Shown here one piece after another: positions 10,242-19,888 of a DNA stretch of 64,000 nt (position 1 is its first letter; each line of letters begins with the position of its first letter). The notes beneath the pieces are model-generated. The model was not told where the DNA came from, ran no database searches, and saw nothing but the letters and a program-made list of their open reading frames with translations. Source of the DNA: an uncultured delta proteobacterium (GTDB lineage: Bacteria > Myxococcota_A > Polyangia > Polyangiales > Polyangiaceae); the NCBI GenBank assembly GCA_963716725.1, contig CAVQUB010000002.1, forward strand, positions 160,001 to 224,000, written 5' to 3'. A program made the translations under genes and the position numbers.

Positions 10242-10306
10242 GTCACCCCACTACACCGACGACACGCACACGGAAAAGAAACCAGCGAAACTTCTGCCGC
10301 GCGGCA

Positions 10307-10708
10307 CTAGTTCTTCGCGGCCTCGCGCACGTAGGCGATGGTGCGTACGAGATCGACGATCCGGTCTCGCTCGTCGAACTCGAGATCCACGAAGCTGACC
10401 CCCATGCCGGGGTTCAGGTTCTCCCCGAGCACTCTGAGCGGGTTCACCCACTGCACCACGCCTTCGATCACGAAGGAGTCGGCCGAGCCCGGGGCCGAGA
10501 AGCGCAACCTCAGCCGCGTACCGATCTGCAACGGTTCGTTGGTTCGCACGAAGATCCCGAGCTCGGAGATGTTGGTGATCGAGGCGTAGAGAAAGGTCTC
10601 GTCGGCCTCGCAGTCCACCGACCAGACCACGTCGAAGCGATCCGCAGCGCGCCGCTCCCTGAGTCGCCGCTCGGAGAAATCCGGAGGATCGTCGTCGTGG
10701 CCCACCAC
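10307..10708 (-). CDS. PilZ-domain protein (myxobacterial TIGR02266-like)
   Basis: ERRAADRF (RxxxR), NISELGIFV, PGMGVSF; start uncertain (GTG 10708 chosen; ORF is open to 10783). Confidence 0.85.
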   Translation of the reverse strand: MVGHDDDPPDFSERRLRERRAADRFDVVWSVDCEADETFLYASITNISELGIFVRTNEPLQIGTRLRLRFSAPGSADSFVIEGVVQWVNPLRVLGENLNPGMGVSFVDLEFDERDRIVDLVRTIAYVREAAKN

Positions 10709-10784
10709 TGGGGGCTTAGCCCCGAATCGGGGCGATGTCCAAGCCCCTCCCCCGCGGCCGCTGCCCCGGGTTTTTGCCCGCAAC

Positions 10785-13346
10785 TCAGCGCACCCGGAGC
10801 CGGCCCGCTTCGAGGCGGTTGTCGTTGTGGCGCCCGCGCTTCACCTCGAGCCGCCGGCTGCCGATGAACAGGCCGAAGAAGACCTCGTAGTCGCCGGGCG
10901 TGAAATTCGGCTCGAGCGAGAAAGGGTAGACGTCCACCATGTAGTCCCCGACCCGCCACAGGTGAAAGGCGTACTTGTTCTCCAGAGTCTGGTGGTCACC
11001 GTTGAACCGGCGCTGAAAGCCGTCGATGTGGATGAAGGTCTCCCAGTTGCCCGAGATCGCCGCCACGACCTTGTAGTAAGTGCGAAACTGGAACTGCTTC
11101 TGCGGCACGACGCTGTCGACGGGACGACCCTCGAGGTCGGTCACCTCCCAGCCGATCACGTCGAGCTGCCCCGCCAGGTTCGCGTCCATGCGGACCCTGG
11201 GGTTCGGAGCTTGGTCGAGCACCCACGACGAGAAGGGGTTCTCGTTCTTTTCGCCGGCCTCGAGGCGGTTGCTGAGCAACATGATCTCGCTCGAACGCGC
11301 GTCGAGCACCGGCACATTGCCGGGCGCACTCGGCAGGGCCCGGTGCAGCGAGTTGAGCTGGGGCAGATCCGCCGAGCGCAGCACGAGCCAGCGCCGCTCC
11401 GTGCCGTCCGTGAGCCAGTTGAAGGCGGCGTTTGCGTTGTCGAAGGCCGGCACGTTGCGACCGGCGTAGTAGGCCGCGGCCCCGGTGCCGACCCCGACGA
11501 TGCCCAGGGATTCACCCGGCTTGGCGTGCTTGCGGTAGGCGTCGAAGACCTCCTTGGGGGAGATCTGCGCGGCTAGCTTGGGGTAGTAGCCGAGGCTGAA
11601 CACCGCGCCGGACGCCGCCACGCTGCAGGCCGCGACCGTCGCCCGTGACAGCGGGATGCGCAGGAACAACTCGCGCAGGACGTCGCGCGCGAGCAGCCCC
11701 AGGACGGGCAGCAGCACCAGCAGGGGCAGCCCCAGGTAGCCCCAGGTCGCGACCTGACGCGCGAGCGGCCCGGCCTGTTCGAACTGCTTCCAGTGGAACT
11801 GGCTCTTGCTCAGCCAAGTGAGCGCGGCGTAACCGACCAGGGCCGCCTCGGCCACCAGCACGGTGAACCACAAGTTACCCGACCACAGTGTCCTGAGCGC
11901 CCGCGGCCAAGCCCAATACTCCTCGCGATCGAAGCGTCGGGCGAGCCGGTCGGTGCTCTCCATGAAGGCGGCGCCAAAGCCGCCGATCATGATCAGGGTG
12001 CCCACCTTCAGCAGACGGTGCGCCGACTCCTTGAAGCTCTCCGGGAAGCGCGGGTCTTCCACCACGAAGGCCGAGAGGCCCTTCTCCGGGAAGTTCTTGA
12101 AGTCGTAGTAGAGGAGGATGGCGAGGGCTGCGACTCCCATGGCCAGGGCCCTCGATCCGGGCGCACCGCGATCGAAATCACGGAGCGCGAGCGCGGCGAT
12201 CACCGCTAGCATGCACACGGCGACGTACGGGAGGAGACCCACCGTCGGCGCCACCAGCCCGTGAGCGCCGAAGGCCACCGCGGCGATCAGCATGGCCATC
12301 ACTCGCAGCGCGGTCTCCGGGGCGACTCGGCTGGGCGCGACGCCGTGCGGCGGACGCAAGAGTCGGCCCACCGCGAAGGGCACCACTGCGCTCCACGGAA
12401 ACAGCCCGTGACCCAGGTAGTGGACCACTGCGTCGTAGGTGGGCAGCATCTTGGGCGGCTTGACCGACGCCCCGAGCAGCAGCGAAAGATCGGTGGGGTG
12501 AGCGGTCGCTCGACCGAGGGCCCGAAGTCCCAGGAACACCCCGAACAGGCCCAGGGCCAAGGTGAGCGCGCCCACGACGTGGGCAAGCCGCTGGGGGCCC
12601 AAACGAGATCGCAGGAGCAACCACGTGATGCCAACGCCCAGCGACGGAGGCACGACGCCGAGCAAGACGCCGCGGGCACCGAAGCCGGCAGCCAGACCCA
12701 CCAGCCCGAGCAGGAGCCAGGCGACGCGCCTGGCGGCGGAGCTCTCCGCGTCGAAGATCGCCAGACCCAGGCCCGCCGCGGCCATCGCGATGGACGACAT
12801 CGTGACGATGTCGCCAAGCATGGTGCGCGAGTGCAGAAAGTAGAGCGGCATGGTCGCCAGCGCGAGCACCGCAAACGCGCCGGCAATCCGATCGACGAGA
12901 CGCGACACCAGCGCGTAGGTCGAGAGCGCGCCGACCATGCCCCAGATCGCCAGCGGTAGCCGCCCCGCCCATTCGTGCAAACCGAAGAGCTTGAAGCCGA
13001 GGGCGATGGACGTGAACGGGAGTTGCCCGCGCGAGAGCTCGCCGAGGGTGGGCACCGTGTTGGTGGACCCCTCGATGGAGAGGTTCGATGCGCCGAGCAG
13101 GGTCAGCGCGATGCGGCGGGACAGCTCCGCGACGCGGAGCTCGAAGGGATCCCAGATGCCGCTCTGGGCCAGTGGCCCGAACAAGCTCGCCGCCAGCAGC
13201 AGGAACGCCACGGCCGGCAGCCAGCTCGCGCCGCGGCTTCGTTCGGCCCCGGCGCTCTCGCCTCGCGTCTGGGCGCCCAGCGGAGCGACGGCGTCGTCGG
13301 GCGCGCCGAGGTCCCCGCTCGTTCGATCGATGTCCGTCGCGCTCAT
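10785..13346 (-). CDS. GT-C membrane glycosyltransferase (ArnT/PMT-like)
   Basis: GIWDPFE motif, LFGLHEWAGRLP, many TM helices, C-terminal periplasmic beta domain. Confidence 0.8.
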   Translation of the reverse strand: MSATDIDRTSGDLGAPDDAVAPLGAQTRGESAGAERSRGASWLPAVAFLLLAASLFGPLAQSGIWDPFELRVAELSRRIALTLLGASNLSIEGSTNTVPTLGELSRGQLPFTSIALGFKLFGLHEWAGRLPLAIWGMVGALSTYALVSRLVDRIAGAFAVLALATMPLYFLHSRTMLGDIVTMSSIAMAAAGLGLAIFDAESSAARRVAWLLLGLVGLAAGFGARGVLLGVVPPSLGVGITWLLLRSRLGPQRLAHVVGALTLALGLFGVFLGLRALGRATAHPTDLSLLLGASVKPPKMLPTYDAVVHYLGHGLFPWSAVVPFAVGRLLRPPHGVAPSRVAPETALRVMAMLIAAVAFGAHGLVAPTVGLLPYVAVCMLAVIAALALRDFDRGAPGSRALAMGVAALAILLYYDFKNFPEKGLSAFVVEDPRFPESFKESAHRLLKVGTLIMIGGFGAAFMESTDRLARRFDREEYWAWPRALRTLWSGNLWFTVLVAEAALVGYAALTWLSKSQFHWKQFEQAGPLARQVATWGYLGLPLLVLLPVLGLLARDVLRELFLRIPLSRATVAACSVAASGAVFSLGYYPKLAAQISPKEVFDAYRKHAKPGESLGIVGVGTGAAAYYAGRNVPAFDNANAAFNWLTDGTERRWLVLRSADLPQLNSLHRALPSAPGNVPVLDARSSEIMLLSNRLEAGEKNENPFSSWVLDQAPNPRVRMDANLAGQLDVIGWEVTDLEGRPVDSVVPQKQFQFRTYYKVVAAISGNWETFIHIDGFQRRFNGDHQTLENKYAFHLWRVGDYMVDVYPFSLEPNFTPGDYEVFFGLFIGSRRLEVKRGRHNDNRLEAGRLRVR

Positions 13347-13508
13347 GGCTGGTCGAGAAGAGGGCGGGACCTTAGCAGAAGTTTTCGGGCGGAAAGCGCG
13401 GTTCTGCGGGCCGACAATCGCCCGTGCATTTGCGTCAAAACCGGGCCGATGACGCGCAAGCGGCTTGCGAACCCCGATCCGCTCGTGAGAAGACGCCGCC
13501 GGCTCCTC

Positions 13509-14474
13509 ATGCGCTTTGGTTCCGTTGCCCTCCTGGGTCGCACCAACGTCGGTAAGTCGACGTTCCTCAACGCCGTACTCGGCGAGAGCCTGGCCGTGGT
13601 GTCACCGATCCCGCAAACTACCCGCGAGTCGCTGCTCGGAGTCGTCCACCGGCCCGACGCTCAGATCGCCTTCGTGGACACCCCGGGACTGCATCGACCC
13701 AAGAGCGAGCTGGGGCGGCGCATGAACGCCACCGCCCTCGAGGTCGCCCGGGCGGCGGACGTGTTGGTGGTGATGACCGACGTGGACCCGGCGCTGGCCA
13801 AGAACCCGAGCGAGATGGTCGAACGCGACCGCGAGGTCATCGAGCTCCTGCCCAGAGGCCCTGCGCGCCTGTTGGTATTGAACAAGGTCGATCTCGTACG
13901 CAACAAGCAGAAGCTGCTCCCGGCCCTGGTCGCCTACGAGCAGATGCACGAGTTCGCGGAGCTGGTGCCGGTCTCGTTGAAGACTCCCGCCGACGCCGAG
14001 CGCGTGCTCGATGCCATCGAGAAACTCCTGCCCGAAGGCGCCGCCGGTTACGACCCCGAGACGCTCACGGACCGAACCACGCCCTTCTTCGTCCGCGAGT
14101 ACGTCCGCGAGCAGGTGATCGTCGCCACCCAAGGTGAGGTCCCCCACGCCGTCGCGGTGAGCATCGACGTGATCGAAGAGCGCGATCGGCTCCTGTCCAT
14201 CAAGGCCACCATCCACGTGGAGAAGGACGGGCAGCGCCGGATCCTGATCGGCAAGGGCGGCGCCAACATCAAGGCCATCGGCACGGGCGCCCGACTGCGA
14301 CTCGAGGAGCTCTACGGAACCAAGATTTACCTCGAGCTGTTCGTGCGCGTGACGCCCAAGTGGAAGAGCGTGCCGCGCCAGCTGGCGGAGCTCGGCTACG
14401 AAGCCCCCGCCGAAAAGCGCTTGCTCAGCGCCCTGCCCGACGCACCAAAACGCCGCCCGCGAGGCCCGCGGTGA
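13509..14474 (+). CDS. era: GTPase Era
   Basis: GRTNVGKST, PQTTR, DTPG, NKVD, C-terminal KH domain (EVPHAVAV...IGKGG). Confidence 0.95.
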   Translation: MRFGSVALLGRTNVGKSTFLNAVLGESLAVVSPIPQTTRESLLGVVHRPDAQIAFVDTPGLHRPKSELGRRMNATALEVARAADVLVVMTDVDPALAKNPSEMVERDREVIELLPRGPARLLVLNKVDLVRNKQKLLPALVAYEQMHEFAELVPVSLKTPADAERVLDAIEKLLPEGAAGYDPETLTDRTTPFFVREYVREQVIVATQGEVPHAVAVSIDVIEERDRLLSIKATIHVEKDGQRRILIGKGGANIKAIGTGARLRLEELYGTKIYLELFVRVTPKWKSVPRQLAELGYEAPAEKRLLSALPDAPKRRPRGPR

Positions 14475-15796
14475 GGCCCGTCGTCGCCATCGTCGGCCGA
14501 CCGAACGTCGGGAAGAGCACGCTCTTCAATCGGCTCGCCGGCAAGCGACTCGCGATCGTGCACGATGCGCCGGGGGTGACGCGCGACCGAAACTACGGCG
14601 ACGTGCACCTGGCCGGGCGCGAGCTCGTGATGGTGGACACCGGCGGCTTCGACCCGACCGACGAGGACCCGCTGCGCCAGGGCATCGCGCGGCAGGTTCG
14701 GGCGGCGCTGGCGGAGGCCGACGTGGTCGTGTGTGTGCTCGACGGATCGATGTCGCCGACCTTGGCCGACCGCGAGGCGATCAAGCTGCTGCGGCGCAGC
14801 GACAAGCCCGTGATCTACGTCGCGAACAAGGCCGACGACCGGAACAAGGCCTTGGCCGCCAACGAGCTCTACGAGATGGGAGTGCCGGCGCTGTTGCCGG
14901 TATCCGCGCTTCACGGTCGCGGTACCGGGGAGCTGATCTCGGCCATTGCCGCCGCGCTGCCGAAGCACGAGGTCAGCGCAGAGCCCGAGGACGACGGGGC
15001 CATCCGGGTCGCCATCGTGGGGCGCCCCAACGCCGGCAAATCGTCGCTGGTGAACCGACTGGCCAAGTCCGAGCGATCACTGGTCGACGATCGCCCTGGG
15101 ACCACCCGGGACCCCGTCGACACGCGGGTCGAAATCGACGGGCAGGCCTTCGTGGTGGTGGACACGGCTGGCATCCGCCGGCGTGCGAAGGTCGAGAGCG
15201 GAGTCGAAGCGGCCAGCGTGTTGCGGGCGCTTCGCAGCATGGAACGAGCCCAGGTCGTGGTGCTCCTGTGCGAGGCCACCGAAGGCGTCGCCGAGCAGGA
15301 CGCACGCTTGATGGGACTGGTGTCCGAGCGCGGCCGCGCCATCGTGATCGGCCTCAACAAGACCGATTTGCTCGACAAGCTTGGGCGCAAGAAGGCCGAG
15401 GATCAGGTGAGCGACGCGCTCCGCTTCGCTCCCTGGGCGCCGCTGGTGCAGGTCTCCGCCAAGAACGGCTGGGGCGTCCAAGAGCTGATGCGCACCGTCC
15501 GACGCGCCTCCGAAGAGTTCACCCGCCGCGTGCCGACGGCGGAGCTGAACCGCTTCTTCGAGACCGTGCTCGAGCATCGCTCGCCACCCACCCACAAGGG
15601 TCGCGCGCCGCGCATCTACTACATCACGCAAGCGCAAACGGCGCCGCCGGTGTTCGTGGCCGTCAGCAGCGCGCCAGATCACATCAAAGAGAGCTACAAG
15701 CGCTACGTCATCAACCAGATCCGCAAGAAGTTCGGCTTCCAGTGCGTGCCCATCGAGCTCGTGTTCCGGGGCAAGGGTCGGAAACCAGCGAGCTGA
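14471..15796 (+). CDS. der: Ribosome biogenesis GTPase Der (EngA)
   Basis: Two G domains (GRPNVGKSTLFN; GRPNAGKSSLVN, PGTTRD, DTAGIRR) and a KH-like tail; GTG start overlaps the era stop. Confidence 0.95.
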   Translation: MRPVVAIVGRPNVGKSTLFNRLAGKRLAIVHDAPGVTRDRNYGDVHLAGRELVMVDTGGFDPTDEDPLRQGIARQVRAALAEADVVVCVLDGSMSPTLADREAIKLLRRSDKPVIYVANKADDRNKALAANELYEMGVPALLPVSALHGRGTGELISAIAAALPKHEVSAEPEDDGAIRVAIVGRPNAGKSSLVNRLAKSERSLVDDRPGTTRDPVDTRVEIDGQAFVVVDTAGIRRRAKVESGVEAASVLRALRSMERAQVVVLLCEATEGVAEQDARLMGLVSERGRAIVIGLNKTDLLDKLGRKKAEDQVSDALRFAPWAPLVQVSAKNGWGVQELMRTVRRASEEFTRRVPTAELNRFFETVLEHRSPPTHKGRAPRIYYITQAQTAPPVFVAVSSAPDHIKESYKRYVINQIRKKFGFQCVPIELVFRGKGRKPAS

Positions 15797-15797
15797 A

Positions 15798-16952
15798 TCA
15801 GCCCGGGCAGAGCAGCGTCGCTATTCCGCCCAGCGTGCTCAGATCGTGAACGTCTCCGGGGAGCGCGGGGATGTCCACGCGGATCGGCCTGGTGCCGCGG
15901 AGCCCGGGAACGAGGACTCGATCGAGGTTCGCGAGCTCGCCGGCGTCGGTCTCCGCGAGCTCGGTCTCTTCGGCCAGGGCGCGGTCGAGTCGGTCTGCGC
16001 CCGACGCCCCGAGATCGAGCCCGTGCAGCGCGATGGAGGTCTCGATTTCCTCGCGGCTGGGCCGAGCGCGGGGCCTCTTGTGCACCCGATTGACCACGAA
16101 GGCATCGCGGTGCATGCCCTGCTCTTCCAAGCGATCCGCGAAGAAGATCGCCTCGCGCACCGCGGCGGGGGCCGGGGTGGTGACCAGCACGTAACCGAAC
16201 TCGGGTCCCCGGAACGCCGCCGCGACCTCCGTCGCCCGCTGCCGAAATCCCCCGAACAGGTCGTTCAGATCGGTGATGAACGCGGCCATTTGCTCCAGGA
16301 ATCCGCCGCCGGTCAGCTTGCCGATGCCGCGCAGCACCACCGCCACGCTCTTGGCGACCAGGTTCAGACTGAAGCGCCCCGACTGCTCGAAGGCCTGCAT
16401 CATCCAGCGCACCGCCGCGCTGTCCAGCGCGTGGATCAGCCGCTCCGGCGCATCCAAGAAGTCGAGCGCGTTGCTGGTCGGTGGCGTGTCGAGCACGATC
16501 AGGTCGTAGCCACCGTCACGCTTGACGGCGAGCAGCTTCTCCATCGCCATGTACTCCTGAGTCCCTGCGAGGCTGGTCGACACGTACTGGTACAGACGAT
16601 TGTCGAGGATTCGATCCCTCGCCTCGTCGCTCGACGCGTAGCGCACCACGAGCTCGTCGAAGGTCTGCTTGGTGTCGAGCATCATCACGCTCAGATGACC
16701 CGGCACGGTCAGACCGGCACGCTCGAAGAGCTCGGGAGCCACGACCTGCTCCTGCCCGGTCATGTGCGAGAGGCCCAGGCTGTTGGCGAGGCGTTTGGCG
16801 GGATCGATGGTCAGGCAGAGCACGCGCTTGCCGCGCGCTGCGGCGGCCAGACCGAGCGCCGCGGTCACCGTCGTCTTGCCGACACCACCGCTGCCCACGC
16901 ACAGAACCACGCGGTGGCGTTCGAGCAGCGGAGCCAGGCTGGGTGCGGACAT
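15798..16952 (-). CDS. ArsA/GET3-like anion-transporting ATPase family protein
   Basis: GSGGVGKTT, TIDPAKRLA, DLIVLDTPPT. Confidence 0.88.
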   Translation of the reverse strand: MSAPSLAPLLERHRVVLCVGSGGVGKTTVTAALGLAAAARGKRVLCLTIDPAKRLANSLGLSHMTGQEQVVAPELFERAGLTVPGHLSVMMLDTKQTFDELVVRYASSDEARDRILDNRLYQYVSTSLAGTQEYMAMEKLLAVKRDGGYDLIVLDTPPTSNALDFLDAPERLIHALDSAAVRWMMQAFEQSGRFSLNLVAKSVAVVLRGIGKLTGGGFLEQMAAFITDLNDLFGGFRQRATEVAAAFRGPEFGYVLVTTPAPAAVREAIFFADRLEEQGMHRDAFVVNRVHKRPRARPSREEIETSIALHGLDLGASGADRLDRALAEETELAETDAGELANLDRVLVPGLRGTRPIRVDIPALPGDVHDLSTLGGIATLLCPG

Positions 16953-17055
16953 GCGGCGAGGCGACGGCCTTAGCAGCAATCGGCGGCTCAGTCACCGGCT
17001 CGCGCGCAGGGGAACTTGGCCCAGGCCCGCACCCTCTGGCATCGACTGGACCCCA

Positions 17056-17511
17056 ATGGACGGTCGAGGATTTCCCATGGGCGAGCGCCCGGAGCGGCGC
17101 GCAGCACGGCGGGCAAACACCCTCAGCGCCCTCGACGAGCTGCTGGACGCCGTCCGGCGCAACAGCGACTTCCGGGCCCTGGCCGTGGCGGACTCCGCGG
17201 GGGTGCTGGTGGCAGGCTCGGGAGCCTTCGCGGAGTGCGAGGAGCTGGCCGCGTGGGCCCCGTTGGCGACCCGGCAAGCCGCCAAGGACGACCCTTCGAA
17301 GTCCCAGAAGGGGGACGACCCTTCGAAGTCCCAGAAGGGGGACACCGTGCCGACGCGCCTCGAGGTCGTGGCCCGCAAGATGCTAGTCCGGCGCCTGACC
17401 ATCGACGGCATCGAGGTCCTGCTCTGCGGGCACGGCGGGCAGAGCGACGCCCTGCGCCGCGCCGCCGTCGGCTGCGCGCGGATCCTGGGCCAACGGCGCC
17501 ACCCGAGCTGA
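17056..17511 (+). CDS. Small hypothetical protein, roadblock/LC7-like, with in-frame 2x27-bp insert
   Basis: ALAVADSAGVLVAGSG...EELAA pattern; DPSKSQKGD repeated twice; start could be 17077. Confidence 0.6.
   Translation: MDGRGFPMGERPERRAARRANTLSALDELLDAVRRNSDFRALAVADSAGVLVAGSGAFAECEELAAWAPLATRQAAKDDPSKSQKGDDPSKSQKGDTVPTRLEVVARKMLVRRLTIDGIEVLLCGHGGQSDALRRAAVGCARILGQRRHPS
17290..17343 (+). repeat. Two tandem copies of 27-bp unit GACCCTTCGAAGTCCCAGAAGGGGGAC
   Basis: Exact duplication; 22/27 identical to the unit at 33797-33904. Confidence 0.9.
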
Positions 17512-17568
17512 AGCTCTCCCGAGCCGTGGGTCGCGCACCCCGGGTGGGTCGAGTAGGCTCGGCGCGAC

Positions 17569-18291
17569 ATGCGCGGCTACGTCGACCTACACTGCCACTG
17601 GATCGCCGGGATCGACGACGGCGCCAAGACCCCTGAGGACGGCGTCGCGATGCTGCGCGCGCTGGGGCAAATCGGCTTCGATCGCGTGGTCGCCACGCCA
17701 CACATGCGGCCCGGCCTCTTCGACAATACCCGCGACACCTCCCGAGCTGCATTCCAGCGAATGCTGCCCCACCTGGCGTCCGATCTGCCGCAAGTCGATC
17801 TCTCCACGGAGCACTACTTCGACGACGTCGTCTTCGGTCGAATCATGGACGGCGATGCGCTGCCTTACCCCGGAGAGCGTGCGATCCTGCTCGAGTTCTA
17901 CGAGAGCGATTTTCCCATCAGCATCGACCGTCGCCTGGCCGACATCCGGGTCAAGAAGCAACTCATCCCGGTGATTGCCCACCCGGAGCGCTATCAGCGC
18001 ATCTGGCGCGACCCCGACGTGCTCGAGCGCCTGATCGACGGCGGAGCCGCAGCCTTGCTCGACACGGCCGCGCTCGTCGGCAAGTACGGGCGGAAGCCCA
18101 AGCAGTCGGCGGAGGCCCTGCTCGAGCGCGGTCTCTATCACGCGGCGTGCAGCGACGCCCACCGGGTCTCCGACCTCGCCGAGGTCGCCGCAGGGATCCG
18201 GCGCATCGAGGAGCTCCACGGTCCGGAGGAGGTCGATTTCCTGCTCCGTTCGGGCCCGCTCGAGCTACTGAGCGGCCGGATCCCCGAATGA
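17569..18291 (+). CDS. PHP-family protein-tyrosine phosphatase (CpsB/CapC-like)
   Basis: DLHCHWIAGIDDG, ATPH, IAHPERY, SDAH. Confidence 0.9.
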   Translation: MRGYVDLHCHWIAGIDDGAKTPEDGVAMLRALGQIGFDRVVATPHMRPGLFDNTRDTSRAAFQRMLPHLASDLPQVDLSTEHYFDDVVFGRIMDGDALPYPGERAILLEFYESDFPISIDRRLADIRVKKQLIPVIAHPERYQRIWRDPDVLERLIDGGAAALLDTAALVGKYGRKPKQSAEALLERGLYHAACSDAHRVSDLAEVAAGIRRIEELHGPEEVDFLLRSGPLELLSGRIPE

Positions 18292-19373
18292 CCGACGGAC
18301 CGAGCAGCTGGCTCAAGCGCCACTGGCTCAAGCTACTGGCCTCGCTGCTCGTGGCAGGCGGATTCGTGTGGCTGCTGCGTCAAGGCGCGCTGCCCATCGT
18401 GCCGCCGGCCAGCGCCTTCTCCAAGATGCGCTGGTGGACGCTGCCCGCGTACGTGCTGATCTGGTCGGCCATCCACGTCCTGCGCGCCGTCCGCTGGCAG
18501 TTTCTGCTCGCGCCCATTCACCCGATCCCGCTACGGCGCGTGGTGTCGGTGGCCTGGATTGGATTCGCGGCGATCTTGCTCCTGCCGTTTCGCACCGGAG
18601 AGGTGGTGCGTCCGGTCTTGATTCGCAAGCAGGGACAGCTCTCGGCGTGGGCCGCCACCGGGACGGTGGGGGCCGAACGCGTGATCGACGGCTTCTGCAT
18701 GAGCGTGATGCTCCTGGTGGCGCTGCTGCTGTCCAAGCCCCTCGATCCGCTCCCGAGGTCCATCGGCGCGCTGCCCATTCCAGCGGCAGTGGTACCGGGC
18801 GCCGCCTACAGCGCGCTCGCCGTGTTTGCAGTTGCGTTCCTCGTCATGGGCGTCTTCTACTGGCGCCGCGATCTGGCCCGCTCACTCACCGAGCGCGTGG
18901 TCGGGGTCGTGTCGAAGAAGCTGGCTCTGTGGCTGGCCGAACGCGTGGAAAAAGTCGCGAGCGGGCTCTCGTTTCTGCCCAAGTGGCGCTACGCCGCGCC
19001 CTTTCTGGCTGCGACCGTCAGCTACTGGCTGCTCAACGCGGCGGCTTCGTGGCTCCTGGCCTGGGGCGCGGGCTTCGATCAGATCACTTTCGCCCAAGCC
19101 TGCGTGAGCATCGGCGTCCTGGCGCTGGGCATCTTGGTGCCGAACGCGCCGGGGTTCTTCGGCGCTTTTCAGATCTCGGTCTACGCGGGCCTGGCCATGT
19201 ACTTCCCCGCCGAGCTGGTGGTGGGGCCGGGCTCGGCCTTCGTGCTGTTGATCTACGCCTCGCAGGTCACCATCACCGCCGCCGGGGCCGGCCTCGGCCT
19301 GCTCATGGAACGGACGACGGTCGGGGAGGCGCTCGCCGCTCGAAGTGAGGATCTCGGGGACGAAGCGGGCTGA
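18288..19373 (+). CDS. Lysylphosphatidylglycerol-synthase TM/flippase-like membrane protein
   Basis: RAVRWQFLL, LPFRTGEVVR, ERVIDG, PNAPGFFGAF; ATG overlaps the upstream stop. Confidence 0.85.
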   Translation: MTDGPSSWLKRHWLKLLASLLVAGGFVWLLRQGALPIVPPASAFSKMRWWTLPAYVLIWSAIHVLRAVRWQFLLAPIHPIPLRRVVSVAWIGFAAILLLPFRTGEVVRPVLIRKQGQLSAWAATGTVGAERVIDGFCMSVMLLVALLLSKPLDPLPRSIGALPIPAAVVPGAAYSALAVFAVAFLVMGVFYWRRDLARSLTERVVGVVSKKLALWLAERVEKVASGLSFLPKWRYAAPFLAATVSYWLLNAAASWLLAWGAGFDQITFAQACVSIGVLALGILVPNAPGFFGAFQISVYAGLAMYFPAELVVGPGSAFVLLIYASQVTITAAGAGLGLLMERTTVGEALAARSEDLGDEAG

Positions 19374-19426
19374 GGGCGACCCGGAAACTTGGCCGGACCG
19401 TCGCCTGAGCGTTACCGAAGCAAACC

Positions 19427-19888
19427 ATGAAGACGGCCAGCGCCGGGTGGCTCGGGGCGGGTATGCTCGTGGCGCTGGCCGCGGTCCTTTCGAGCTCGGG
19501 CGCGGCGGCGCGGATCGAAGCCGACTCCGACTACAGCAAGGCGCAGACCTACAACGGAGCGCTGCGCTACGTTCGCGTGGATCTGGGCTTCGAGATCGTG
19601 GAGAAGGACCCCGAGGTCGGCTACTTCCTCTTCCGCTACGAACCGCCGGGGCGGAAGAACCACCCGACCAGCGGATCCATCGAGGTCATCGAGAGCCAGG
19701 AGCGCGTGAAGGTCGTAGTCCAGCTCCCGCAGATGCCCACCTACCACGAGACGACGATCCGGGACGGCTTGTTGAAGAAGCTCCGCAGCGAATACGGCGA
19801 GCCGCCGAAGAAGAAGAAGAAGAAGGACCAAGACAAGCCGCCGGAAGCTGACGGCGGTGTCGACGGCGGGTCGGTCTTCGCCCCGTGA
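19427..19888 (+). CDS. Exported hypothetical protein
   Basis: Signal peptide, globular region, lysine-rich tail; coupled to the kinase gene. Confidence 0.7.
   Translation: MKTASAGWLGAGMLVALAAVLSSSGAAARIEADSDYSKAQTYNGALRYVRVDLGFEIVEKDPEVGYFLFRYEPPGRKNHPTSGSIEVIESQERVKVVVQLPQMPTYHETTIRDGLLKKLRSEYGEPPKKKKKKDQDKPPEADGGVDGGSVFAP

Larger units (their letters stand above)
9242..10310 (-). mobile_element. Internally deleted IS630-family element with terminal inverted repeats
   Basis: ACTAGTGCCGCCCGGCTGAAGTT (9241-9263) versus reverse complement of 10289-10311 ACTAGTGCCGCGCGGCAGAAGTT: 21/23 identical, with CTAG (TA target) at both ends; contains transposase N- and C-terminal fragments. Confidence 0.8.
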
